IMG/VR virus record: IMGVR_UViG_3300048599_000083
Location: 1 to 37,381 of that record
Source: a virus
Lineage: Duplodnaviria > Caudoviricetes
Direction: 5' to 3' (one strand)
DNA: 37,381 nt
Of this stretch, positions 28,090 to 37,073 are shown in pieces. The notes beneath the pieces were generated by a model. That model saw only the letters and a list, made by a program, of their open reading frames with translations. It was not told where the DNA came from and searched no databases. Position 1 is the first letter of the stretch, and each line of letters starts with the position of its first letter. The position numbers were made by a program, and so were the translations under genes.

Positions 28090-29295
28090 GTGCCTGTCTC
28101 GACCATCGAAACCCCACCTCCGCTGCCGTCCATGCCGAGCATCTCGGCCGGATCGACCACGCTCGTCATGCCGTCCGCCCCGGCTGGCATGTCGAACGAG
28201 ACGATCTACGTCCAGGGACTCGTGATCGCGACGGCCCAGCTAGAGGCCGACCGTTCAGGTATCAACAACCAGATCAATGCCCAGGTCAGCCACTACCGGG
28301 CACAGCTCGACTATCTCGCCACCTGCTACGGGGCCGCGAAGACCGCCGAGGCCCACAAGTATTCCGCCGATCGCCAGCTTGAGGCGTCTCTCGCCCAGCT
28401 CGACCGCGTGAACGGTACGGAGCTTTCGATCCGGCAGCGGGAGATCGACAGCCGCTACCAGTTGGCCGCTCTCCAGATTCAGGCCGGTCGGGAAGAGGCT
28501 CAGGTTCGCGGCGCGTATGACGTGCAGGTGGCCCAGATCCGATCCACCTCTGACCGCGAGGTAGCCCAGGTCCGGGGTGGGTTCGACGTTCAGACCACGC
28601 AGATCGACACCGCAACGCGGGTCCAGGTCGCCTCGATCAACAAGGATGCCCAGGTCCAGTCGGCCGGGATCGACTTGCAAGGTCGGCAGTATTCGTCCGA
28701 CCGTAGCTACGCGGCCCAGCTCTATGAGGCGGATAAGAGCCTCCAGGCCGCCCAGCTCCGCGACCAGGGCGAGACGGCCCGGCTCCAGACCAAGCTCCAG
28801 TTTGCTCAGTCGAAGTTCGACACGGTTTACCCGTTCGTCCAGTCCTCGCTCTCCGACGCACTCTCCGGGAGCCCGTCCACGCCGGGGCTCGACAACGACT
28901 GGCCGATCATCTCGGCTCGCGGGATCTACACGCCGGCCGAGATCCAGCAGCAGGTGAACCGGGCCTGGGCACAGAACGACGCCCGGTCACAGTCGCAGCT
29001 CTGGCAGTTGCAGAGCGAGCTGGCCGGTCGCGGATTCAGCGGCAACTCGCCGCTGTTCGACGTGATCCGGGTTGGAGTGCTCGGGCAGACATTGCGGGCC
29101 AACAACGACGCCGCCACGAGCATCCGGTTCCAGGCGGCGACGGCCAACGCGGACCACATCCTCAAGGCCCAGGAACTCCGCGTCAACGAGCATCAGGCCC
29201 GGAACAACACGGCTCTCGAATCCGAGAAGAACCAGATCACCCGCCAGGTGGGCTTCGTCGGAGCCCTGGCCCAGCTCGTTGGTGGGATCGCGTAA
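28090..29295 (+). CDS. Probable DNA-ejection/pilot protein, Gln/Ala-rich coiled coil
   Basis: 11-aa repeats, LAGRGFSGNS motif, position after the nozzle; GGGAGG RBS. Confidence 0.65.
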   Translation: MPVSTIETPPPLPSMPSISAGSTTLVMPSAPAGMSNETIYVQGLVIATAQLEADRSGINNQINAQVSHYRAQLDYLATCYGAAKTAEAHKYSADRQLEASLAQLDRVNGTELSIRQREIDSRYQLAALQIQAGREEAQVRGAYDVQVAQIRSTSDREVAQVRGGFDVQTTQIDTATRVQVASINKDAQVQSAGIDLQGRQYSSDRSYAAQLYEADKSLQAAQLRDQGETARLQTKLQFAQSKFDTVYPFVQSSLSDALSGSPSTPGLDNDWPIISARGIYTPAEIQQQVNRAWAQNDARSQSQLWQLQSELAGRGFSGNSPLFDVIRVGVLGQTLRANNDAATSIRFQAATANADHILKAQELRVNEHQARNNTALESEKNQITRQVGFVGALAQLVGGIA

Positions 29296-29298
29296 GCG

Positions 29299-29327
29299 GA
29301 AATAACGGTCACAGTGACCCTTATTCC
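29299..29327. promoter_or_regulatory. 29-bp palindromic site, copy 5
   Basis: GAAATAACGGTCAC-A-GTGACCCTTATTCC, filling the gap between the stop at 29295 and the RBS of the next gene. Confidence 0.85.
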
Positions 29328-29338
29328 GGGAGACAGTC

Positions 29339-30604
29339 ATGGCTGATCCAGTCAGTGCGCCCAAGAAGATCGGAGCCGGCAAGCCTCAGCGGACCCAGCC
29401 TGGGATCGCCCCCGCTCAAGACACGTCCGCCTCGCCGCCGGCGATCTCCCCCGGCTTCGTCGATGCCCGACCGCAGTCCCAGGTCAGCGCGCATCCGGTG
29501 CCGGGTTACGACTATTCGCGGGTTGGAGTCGGTGGTGCGCCGCCGGCTGGGGGTGTGGGCGTGACCAACGCCTATGCGCCGCAACCGATGAACCTCCCCG
29601 AGCAGTTCAAGCGATACCCGGCGAGTCAGAAGTTCGACATCCCGGCCGATTGGGGCCAGGCCGTCGTCGAGTCGAACGGCACCCGGATGTACTCCTACAC
29701 CACGCCGCAGGAGCGGCAGGCGAACGACCAGCGTCACCAGGAGTACCTGCATCAACAGCGTGAGACACAGCAGGCTCAGACGATGAATGGGCTCAACCGC
29801 GAGATGGGCGCGCTCATCCGGGGCACGGGTCCAAACGGTGCTTTGCCAGCCGAACAGCGTGCGGCGATGGCTCAGGTTACGGGTCAGCAGATCCAAGCCA
29901 TGATGGCGAACCAGTCGCAGAACGACGCGACCCGGATGCAGTTGGCCAACGACCCACGGAATAACCCGAGGCTGGTGGACGCCCAGATCGCCGAAATGCA
30001 GGCCCAGACCCAGAGACATCTGGCCGACGCCGCCGCATCCGACCCGCTACGGAAGCTCGACCTGATCGACGCGATCAACCGCGACCCTCAGCGTCGGAGC
30101 TTGGCCCTGGCGATGGGTGGTGCGGACGCCCAGACGATCGCCGCCATGCCGCCGGTCGTCACTCCCGCTGGTGATGGTGCCCCGGCGGTCAATCCCGGCA
30201 ACCTGATGCAGCATCTCAGTCAGCCGGCCAACGCCGGGATGGCGAAACTTTTCGAGGAGTCGGCGGCGAACGGCACCGACCTGGGCGAGACGATCGCCAG
30301 AGCCGCGACCATGCCGGGATTCGCAGATCCAATGAGCGAGAACCGGCAGTTGTTCGATGCCTGGCTCAAGCAGACCTACACGAATCCGGCCGAGTGGCAG
30401 AAGCAGCTCTACGTGCCGCCCGACCCGGATCGCTCCATCCCTGTACTTGGCCGCATCCCAGGACTCGTGTCCGCACTCTATGGGTCGTTCGCTGGCCCAC
30501 AGTCGATGCCGGGAACAGGTACGGGCCTCGGCTGGCGTGGCAACTACGACGACGCCCGCCGCCGCTTTGACCTGATCCAGAAGTACGGGATCAGCCCTTT
30601 CTGA
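29339..30604 (+). CDS. Probable internal virion/ejection protein
   Basis: Gln/Ala/Met/Pro-rich 421-aa ORF in the ejection module; GGAG RBS. Confidence 0.6.
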   Translation: MADPVSAPKKIGAGKPQRTQPGIAPAQDTSASPPAISPGFVDARPQSQVSAHPVPGYDYSRVGVGGAPPAGGVGVTNAYAPQPMNLPEQFKRYPASQKFDIPADWGQAVVESNGTRMYSYTTPQERQANDQRHQEYLHQQRETQQAQTMNGLNREMGALIRGTGPNGALPAEQRAAMAQVTGQQIQAMMANQSQNDATRMQLANDPRNNPRLVDAQIAEMQAQTQRHLADAAASDPLRKLDLIDAINRDPQRRSLALAMGGADAQTIAAMPPVVTPAGDGAPAVNPGNLMQHLSQPANAGMAKLFEESAANGTDLGETIARAATMPGFADPMSENRQLFDAWLKQTYTNPAEWQKQLYVPPDPDRSIPVLGRIPGLVSALYGSFAGPQSMPGTGTGLGWRGNYDDARRRFDLIQKYGISPF

Positions 30605-30620
30605 TGAGGAGTAGGCCGCC

Positions 30621-31181
30621 ATGTTCCCGCCGAAAAAGCCGAGCCCTGGAGCCTCACCCCAGAGCGGCCCCCCTGACCCGATGGGCGGTGCCCCGCCGAT
30701 GGCTGGCCCCGGCCCAATGGGTCCGCCGCCGATGGGCGGTATGGCCCCGATGCTGCCCAAGCCCGGCCAGGGCATGAACCCGATGATGGCTATGCTCCAC
30801 GGACTCGGCCCCGATCCGCTGGGCATGGGTCAACCGACTCCGGCCCCGCCTGGCCCGCCGCTCGGCCCGGATGGACTGCCCCCTGGTGGCTCGCTTCCGG
30901 GTGGTCTGGCGGCCCAGGAATCAGCCGACCCGACGATGGGTGGCTCCGATCTGCTCCAGGCCCTCACGGCGGCGGTCCAGGCCGGCGACCCCTACGGCAC
31001 GACCGGGGTTCCCACCAGCCTGAACATCGGCCCGCAAGACCCCAACATGGGCATCGAACAGATGCTCCAGTTGCTCGCCCTCGGGCAGATGGGAGTCGGC
31101 GGCGGTCCTGCCCCGATGCCTGGTGGGTCGGGTCTCGACCTGCCTCCAAACCTCATGGGTCAGATGGTCGGGCTCGTTTGA
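30621..31181 (+). CDS. Pro/Gly/Met-rich low-complexity protein
   Basis: GAGGAG RBS; PPMAGPGPMGPPPMGGM-type disordered sequence. Confidence 0.7.
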   Translation: MFPPKKPSPGASPQSGPPDPMGGAPPMAGPGPMGPPPMGGMAPMLPKPGQGMNPMMAMLHGLGPDPLGMGQPTPAPPGPPLGPDGLPPGGSLPGGLAAQESADPTMGGSDLLQALTAAVQAGDPYGTTGVPTSLNIGPQDPNMGIEQMLQLLALGQMGVGGGPAPMPGGSGLDLPPNLMGQMVGLV

Positions 31182-31232
31182 GCCTGACCCCTGGCATGGT
31201 TGTCCGCACGACTCGCAACGAGGAATCATCCA

Positions 31233-31592
31233 ATGGGACTCTCGCAGCACACCCGATCCGCCGTCGCCAACGCGATCTGCAACCCGGCCGCGTCCGACGA
31301 GCTGATCCGCCTGATCGAGAAGCTCTCCGACTTCGTGGATCGCGTGCCGATCCCGGAAGGAGGCCCGATCGCCACCCCCGCCACGGCCGACACCATCACG
31401 ATGGCCGAACCCGAGCCGCCGCCCGACACCGGCATGGGCGTGGACGTGATCGCCGAGGCGACTGTCGTGCCTGCGGCGACTGAGCCGGTCGAGACGGACC
31501 CGACCGCCCTGACAGCCGCCGCTCTCGACGAGGGACTCGCCCCGCCGGACCCGCCCACCCCGACCGAGCCGCCGGCCCCTCCTTCCGAGTGA
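31233..31592 (+). CDS. Hypothetical protein, acidic Pro-rich tail
   Basis: ATG 31233 with upstream GAGGA; short helical N-terminus and a disordered tail. Confidence 0.6.
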   Translation: MGLSQHTRSAVANAICNPAASDELIRLIEKLSDFVDRVPIPEGGPIATPATADTITMAEPEPPPDTGMGVDVIAEATVVPAATEPVETDPTALTAAALDEGLAPPDPPTPTEPPAPPSE

Positions 31593-31637
31593 TGCCGACC
31601 AGGTTCATCCACATCAGACAATGCGGGGCTTCTCGTC

Positions 31638-32834
31638 ATGGATCTCCTCGAAGCAATCGGACAAGCCGGAACCTCCCTGGACAAGATCACGGGCGGCCGT
31701 GCGCTTCGAGGAACTCTGGCCGGGAAGCCCCGCGAACTCCTCTCGGTCGTTCCGTTCAGCGACGCGCTCGGGCTCACCGACGAGCACGACGCGACCGGCG
31801 GACGTGATCTCACGGACGCCTGGGGAGTGACCCGGAAGGGGGATCACAGCCTCAGCTCGAATGCGATCGGCTTCCTCGCCGACACCGCCCTCTCGCCCGG
31901 CAACCTGCTCGGTGGTTATGGGGCCTACAAGGCGGCCCCCACTGTCGCCAAGGGCCTCGCCGGGGCGGCCAAGTCGCTCTCTGGCCTGGACCTGATCGAC
32001 TCCTTCCGTACCGCCGGTTCGGCCCTCAAGGGGCACGACGGCGGCGACCTGCTCGGCGCCCTCAAGCGGTTCTCGGACGACGAGGGTGGGTGGCTCAGGA
32101 TTCCGTCTTACGACATGGTGGATGTGCGTCCTCCTGACACGCGATCCTTGTTTTCGCAACTCATGGGCCTCCCACCGGCCGCGTATCTGGAAGACACGCA
32201 ATCTGTCGAGGCTGTCGAACGGTCCAGGCAGTTGGTAGCGGACGCGATGCGACGAAAGGAACTGGAAACCCTCCCGGTCTTTCGTGCCCAAGCGATTACG
32301 GATGCGTTCAATCAGGATGCAAGGATTGCTATGACCGCATCACCAAAATCCTTGGCTGAATACAAGCATTCAGACTCATGGAGAGACCCGATCATCCAAT
32401 GGAACCCACGCTTTCATGGTTGGTTCGATCCGGTCGAGATGGCCCACGTTCGGGATCGCAGCAAGGGGTTCTGGGCCACGGACGCGCCGGACGGCACGGC
32501 TCTCCACGAGCTTGGTCACGCCTTCCATCACAACCACATGGGCGACGAACTGTTCCAGTATCTCCCCGAGGAAGTCCCGACCAAGTACATGAAGGACATC
32601 CGAAATAACGTGAGCGAATATGCGACGACGAACCCGAAGGAGCTGATCGCGGAGATGTTCGCCGGGATGGCGACTGGACACCAATACGATCACGCGATGG
32701 AGAACCTGTACGAACAATTTGGCGGCCCTCCCGAAACCGCTGATCTCGTTGGTATTGCTCAGAAGATTCAGGAGCAACTGAACGCACGGTTCGGCACTCC
32801 CTACACGATCCCGAAATCGCGGCCCGGCGGGTGA
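31638..32834 (+). CDS. Zincin-like metallopeptidase (HExxH) fused to an ejection-protein-like N-terminal domain
   Basis: ALHELGHAFH (HELGH at 32505-32519) followed by SEYATTNPKELIAEMF; N-terminus similar to the next gene. Confidence 0.75.
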   Translation: MDLLEAIGQAGTSLDKITGGRALRGTLAGKPRELLSVVPFSDALGLTDEHDATGGRDLTDAWGVTRKGDHSLSSNAIGFLADTALSPGNLLGGYGAYKAAPTVAKGLAGAAKSLSGLDLIDSFRTAGSALKGHDGGDLLGALKRFSDDEGGWLRIPSYDMVDVRPPDTRSLFSQLMGLPPAAYLEDTQSVEAVERSRQLVADAMRRKELETLPVFRAQAITDAFNQDARIAMTASPKSLAEYKHSDSWRDPIIQWNPRFHGWFDPVEMAHVRDRSKGFWATDAPDGTALHELGHAFHHNHMGDELFQYLPEEVPTKYMKDIRNNVSEYATTNPKELIAEMFAGMATGHQYDHAMENLYEQFGGPPETADLVGIAQKIQEQLNARFGTPYTIPKSRPGG

Positions 32835-32882
32835 TCTTGGCTAGATTTCCTGGTGGCAGGTTCTCACCGGGAGGCGTCTGGC

Positions 32883-35800
32883 ATGAGCGGGCTCGACCTG
32901 GATCTCAACCCGATCAAGCCGGGCGACCTGAACCTGGGATTGAATCTCGGCCTGGGTCGATCCGGCGGCCGGCAGCGGTCCCCGTGGCGCGAGCCGCTCC
33001 AGGCCAAGGAGGCTGAGGCGGCCACGAGCAGCGTCCTAAATTCGGGCCTCTCCGGCATCTCGTATGTCCTGGGCTCACTCGACAAGCCGGGCCAGGCGGT
33101 GCGGGGTCTCCTCGCTGGCAAGGGTGGACGGGCCGCCCTCAACCTCGTCCCGTTCGCGGACACCCTCGGGTTTACGACCGAGAAGGACCACACGACCGGC
33201 CGCGAGCTGACCGACACGCTCGGGATGACCCGCAAGGGCGATAAGGGGTGGGGCTCCTGGGGCGTCGGACTCGCCGCTGAGCTGGCGACCGACCCGCTCA
33301 TGTACACGACCTTCGGCGCCAAGCACGCCGTCACGGGGGCCGGCAAGGCGCTCCAAAAGGCGGGGCACCTCAAGGGTTTCTCCCGCGAGGCCATGCTCAA
33401 GGGCTTCGACGCCACCGAGTCGGGACTCCGGGCGGCCGGGCATACGGCCGAGCAGATCGCCCACATGGGCAACCAGGGCCGGCGGATCGCCACCCCCGAG
33501 ATGGAGGCGGCTGTCCTCAAGGCGACCGGCAAGCCGCTCGAAGCGGGCCAGTCCCTCGGCGGTCTCGCCGGGTTCGGCCTCCCGTTCGCCTCCCCCTCTG
33601 TCATCGTCGGCCAGGGGAGCCGGTCGCAAGGCTTGGCCCGGCGGCTCGACCGGATTGGAGAGGGCCTCAAGTTCGGCACCGCACTCGGGAGATCGCTCAA
33701 TGCCCTGTTCGATCCCTCGGTCGGTGGCGCCGTGGACCGGATCACCCAGCAGGGCTGGCAGCGGTACGGCGACCCGGCGATGCAGGCCCTCAAAACGGAC
33801 GCCCGCTCCCATGCGGCGGACGTGCTTCAGGGTCTCGACCCGTTGATCCAGGCGGGGGCGCATACCGAGTCGGAGATCACCGGGGCGGCCCGCGCCCTGG
33901 CCGAAGGAGTGCCCACGGTCAACCGCTACGACCCGGCCCTGGTTGCCCAGGTCCAGGGGGTCTCCAGCAAGATCGGCCAGCGGAATCAGGCGATCCTCGC
34001 GGAAGCCCGCAAGGCGGGGGCTCCCCTGGAAGACGCGGCCGACGACTACGCGCAGTACGTCCACCGCCAGATGCTCGACGTGAACCACCGTGACCTGCAA
34101 CTCAGGAATCCGAACAGTCTCTACCCGGTGTCGGCCGGGTCGAACGTCCACCGCGATGACCTGCTCCGCAACATCCCTGGCGGCACCGAGCGGATCAACG
34201 ACTGGTATCAGCGATTCGCCGGCCTTGGAGCCAAACAGCTTCCCGTCATCGCGCGAGAGATCAAGAAGGACATGGTGGCCGATCTGACGGCTGGCGGCCG
34301 GCAGATCACCAAGGCGCTCGGAAAGCGGTTCGACGATCACGCGGATGCTCTGGCGAAGAGGATCGCCGCCGCGTCGGAGAAGTACCGCACAGACCAGCTC
34401 CCGTTCTTCACGCCCGACCTGGCCCGCGACGAGATCCAGCGGAGCGCCCAGCACGCCCGGACAGTCTCGGCGGCTCGGGCTGCGATCGGCACGATCGGCG
34501 ATGCGGCTCAGCCCTACCTCAACGACGGCTCGATGGTTGCCATCCCCGAGCTTCTCAAACGGATCGGCCTGCGGACCTTCAAAGGGGATCAGGCGACAGG
34601 CCAGCCGATCGAGGGAGCACTGGTCGAGGCCTACAAGGCCCTCGCCAAGCATGGAGCCGGCCCGGTGGACCCGCTCCTCGGCGGCAAGGTCAAGGCGCTC
34701 CGCAAGGAGGTGAGCCAGTACGGACTCTCGAACGAGCACGCCGAGCAAGTCCTCAAGGCGTATGGGAGATGGGCCGCCCCCGAGGAGATCAAGGGGCCGC
34801 TCCGGTTCATGGACTCGTTCACGAACGCCTTCAAGGCCCTGGCCTACCCGATCTGGATTCCAGCCCACGTACGGAACGCCGTGTCGGCTGGCACCAACAA
34901 CCTCCGCTCGGGTGTCAGCCTCGGCGATTACGCCACCCAGCTTGCGATCATGCGGAACCGAGCGACCCCGGCCCAGCTTGCACGCTACGGCCTGGGCTCG
35001 ATGGACGAGGCTCGCAAGGCGATGTTCGCCTCGTCGAACATCTTCGGCGGTCACGGGGTGGCGGACGATGTGGCGAACTCCGCATTCGACGCTCTGTCGG
35101 GTGGCGGGCCTGGGCGGTTCACGCCGCACGCCCCCGGCTCTGACCGGCTCGGAACGACCGGCACGCTTGCGGGCGACACGGCCAACCTTGTTCTCCGTGA
35201 GGGCCTTCTGTCCTCGCTTGGCGCCTTGGGCCGCACCGCGAAGGCGGTCGTCACGAACCCACTCTCCCCGAAGTCCTGGGGCCAGGCCGTCGCCGGCAAC
35301 CTGGGGATCAAGGGGGTGGGCGGTGTGGCTGAGGACATCCTGCCTGCCGTGAAGGCGGGCCGGGTGGCCGGGACCAACGTGGAGGATTTCTTCCGAGGGG
35401 CTCAGTGGCTCGCGGAAACGCGGCATGGAGCAAATCCCACGGCGGCCGGCGATGCGGTCAACGCCCTCCACTTCGACTACGACCGGCTGACTCCCTTCGA
35501 GAAGACGGTCATGCGGCGGTTGGTCCCGTTCTACACCTACGCCCGGAAGAACCTGCCGCTCCAGGTTTCGACCGCCCTGCACAACCCCGCTTGGACGATC
35601 GCTCAGACCAAGCCGTTCGCCCGCGACCCGAACCAGGCGGGCGACTACGTGCCGGACTACCTGTCCTCGGGGATCGCGATCCCGACTGGCCCCGAGGTGG
35701 ACGGGAAGCGGCAGTACGTCTCCAAGCTCGGGCTGCCGGTGGAGGAGGCGTTCGAGCGGCTCCACTTCCAGAACGGCCTGCCCGATCTGCGGCGAACCGC

Positions 35801-36311
35801 GCTCGACTACATGGGCACCATGACCCCGCTCATCAAGGGTCCGCTGGAGCAGTTGTTCGACACACAGTTCCACACCCAGCGGCGACTCTCCGACCTCCAC
35901 GCCCCGGCGGCGGCCTCGGCGATCGGCCGGATGTTCGGCGACGACAACCCCCAGCTACTCAGCCAGGTGTTCGCCAACTCCCCGCTGACCCGCTTCGTCA
36001 CGTCCGCCGACAAGTTGCTGGACGACCGCAAGAACCCGCTCGCCAAGGCGGCCAACCTGCTCACGGGCGTCCGGGTGACGGATGTGGACGTGGACCGGCA
36101 GCGGGCGATCGACACCCGCAACGCCCTGGAGGAGATCCTGCGGAGCCAACCCCACCTGTCTCGGTACACGAGCTTCTACGTGAAGCCCGACCAGGCGGCC
36201 AACCTCACGCCCGAGGAGCTTCGGCTGATGCAGTTCTACTCCCTGCTCCAACAGCGGGCACGCGAGCATGCGGCCCAGGAACGCGAGCGTTCGATCGGGG
36301 TCCGGCTATGA
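32883..36311 (+). CDS. Large internal virion/DNA-ejection protein
   Basis: ~1140 aa, Gly/Ala-rich, last late gene; ELATDPL, HVRNAVS, HFDYDRLTPFEKTVMRRLVPFYTYARKN and VPDYL motifs typical of podovirus large ejection proteins. Confidence 0.72.
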   Translation: MSGLDLDLNPIKPGDLNLGLNLGLGRSGGRQRSPWREPLQAKEAEAATSSVLNSGLSGISYVLGSLDKPGQAVRGLLAGKGGRAALNLVPFADTLGFTTEKDHTTGRELTDTLGMTRKGDKGWGSWGVGLAAELATDPLMYTTFGAKHAVTGAGKALQKAGHLKGFSREAMLKGFDATESGLRAAGHTAEQIAHMGNQGRRIATPEMEAAVLKATGKPLEAGQSLGGLAGFGLPFASPSVIVGQGSRSQGLARRLDRIGEGLKFGTALGRSLNALFDPSVGGAVDRITQQGWQRYGDPAMQALKTDARSHAADVLQGLDPLIQAGAHTESEITGAARALAEGVPTVNRYDPALVAQVQGVSSKIGQRNQAILAEARKAGAPLEDAADDYAQYVHRQMLDVNHRDLQLRNPNSLYPVSAGSNVHRDDLLRNIPGGTERINDWYQRFAGLGAKQLPVIAREIKKDMVADLTAGGRQITKALGKRFDDHADALAKRIAAASEKYRTDQLPFFTPDLARDEIQRSAQHARTVSAARAAIGTIGDAAQPYLNDGSMVAIPELLKRIGLRTFKGDQATGQPIEGALVEAYKALAKHGAGPVDPLLGGKVKALRKEVSQYGLSNEHAEQVLKAYGRWAAPEEIKGPLRFMDSFTNAFKALAYPIWIPAHVRNAVSAGTNNLRSGVSLGDYATQLAIMRNRATPAQLARYGLGSMDEARKAMFASSNIFGGHGVADDVANSAFDALSGGGPGRFTPHAPGSDRLGTTGTLAGDTANLVLREGLLSSLGALGRTAKAVVTNPLSPKSWGQAVAGNLGIKGVGGVAEDILPAVKAGRVAGTNVEDFFRGAQWLAETRHGANPTAAGDAVNALHFDYDRLTPFEKTVMRRLVPFYTYARKNLPLQVSTALHNPAWTIAQTKPFARDPNQAGDYVPDYLSSGIAIPTGPEVDGKRQYVSKLGLPVEEAFERLHFQNGLPDLRRTALDYMGTMTPLIKGPLEQLFDTQFHTQRRLSDLHAPAAASAIGRMFGDDNPQLLSQVFANSPLTRFVTSADKLLDDRKNPLAKAANLLTGVRVTDVDVDRQRAIDTRNALEEILRSQPHLSRYTSFYVKPDQAANLTPEELRLMQFYSLLQQRAREHAAQERERSIGVRL

Positions 36312-36551
36312 GCCGACGACCCGGAAAGGATGGCCGTCACCATCGGGAGGCTCGGTGTGTCCACCGACGAAATCAGCGCAGAGGAACGCCAGTTCCTCCA
36401 AGTCATTGTGGATGATGGCCGTTTCAGTGGTTGCGATAACCACATAGAGGGCTTTGAGTTTCTTGCTGAGCAGGAAGTCGGGATGCCCTTGTACGCGAAG
36501 TTTCAAACCACCCAGAGTGCTGAGGGCGTCACCACAGACATCGTGGAGCAC
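36306..36551 (-). CDS. Possible small hypothetical protein
   Basis: 81-aa ORF convergent with the late operon; competes with the + strand ORF 36330..36662. Confidence 0.35.
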   Translation of the reverse strand: MLHDVCGDALSTLGGLKLRVQGHPDFLLSKKLKALYVVIATTETAIIHNDLEELAFLCADFVGGHTEPPDGDGHPFRVVGS

Positions 36552-36729
36552 GGTAGGACATCCATTAAAAGAGGAGCCCGAGAGGTTACGGATAGCCTAA
36601 TGTTTTCCGGCGTCCGGCAACCTCCGTCAAGGATTCTGGATCTATGCTCGAAACGAACCTGATCGGTTGGGAATCCTTTCGGTCGGCGATCGACTAAGGA
36701 AGTCGCGAGTACACCTTGGGCCAACAGCG

Positions 36730-36909
36730 ATGAGTGCCGTTGCGGATAAGTCCTATTTCTCGTACCGCGACCTGGAACAACGCTGGGGCGTGAGCCGGTG
36801 GACGATCCACCGGCTTGCGAAGGAAGGCCGGTTGAGGAAGTCGCGAGTCCGAGGGGTTGTGCGGTTCTCGGCTGCGACCGTGATGGCCTTCGAGAAGAAG
36901 GCTGGCTGA
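36730..36909 (+). CDS. xis: Excisionase/recombination directionality factor (AlpA/HTH_17-like)
   Basis: MSAVADKSYFSYRDLEQRWGVSRWTIHRLAKEGRLRKSRVRGVVRFSAATVMAFE; small, basic and next to the att site. Confidence 0.8.
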   Translation: MSAVADKSYFSYRDLEQRWGVSRWTIHRLAKEGRLRKSRVRGVVRFSAATVMAFEKKAG

Positions 36910-36921
36910 CGAGGGGGAAAG

Positions 36922-36992
36922 AGGCGCCGCCCGGAATCGAACCGGGGATAACGGGTTTGCAACCCGCTGCCTTACCGCTTGGCTACGGCGCC
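36922..36992 (-). tRNA. tRNA-Cys (GCA), complete, CCA not encoded
   Basis: Reverse complement GGCGCCG TA GCC AAGCGGTAA GGC A GCGGG TTGCAAA CCCGT TATC CCCGG TTCGATT CCGGG CGGCGCC T folds into a full cloverleaf with a U discriminator. Confidence 0.95.
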
Positions 36993-37005
36993 ATTCGAGT
37001 GGGTT

Positions 37006-37035
37006 ATCTTAGGGCCTGTCGGCTATTGCTGACAA
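37006..37035 (-). promoter_or_regulatory. Sigma70-type promoter for the element-borne tRNA-Cys
   Basis: Minus strand TTGTCA-N18-TAAGAT ending 13 nt upstream of the tRNA 5' end. Confidence 0.65.
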
Positions 37036-37073
37036 GGCCCTTTTTCGTTGCTGGGTCGGGCTTAGGGCGTGGT

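Noticed and set aside
803-29327. Palindromes as CRISPR repeats, intrinsic terminators or integron attC sites
   Set aside because: Copies are kilobases apart with no spacers or cas genes. Arms are AT-rich with a 1-nt centre and no consistent U-tract, and there are no attC R-box ends. A recombinase-site role is not fully excluded, but there is no 6-8 bp asymmetric spacer as in lox or dif.
33075-35900. 941-aa minus-strand ORF, and similar long antisense ORFs at 14013..16130, 4317..5909, 969..2408 and 5951..7156
   Set aside because: These are shadow ORFs opposite well-supported genes. High GC3 codon bias suppresses antisense stops, and no motifs were found.
11661-36311. Gene transfer agent
   Set aside because: The element retains replication genes, xis and an att site, which is unlike a domesticated GTA cluster
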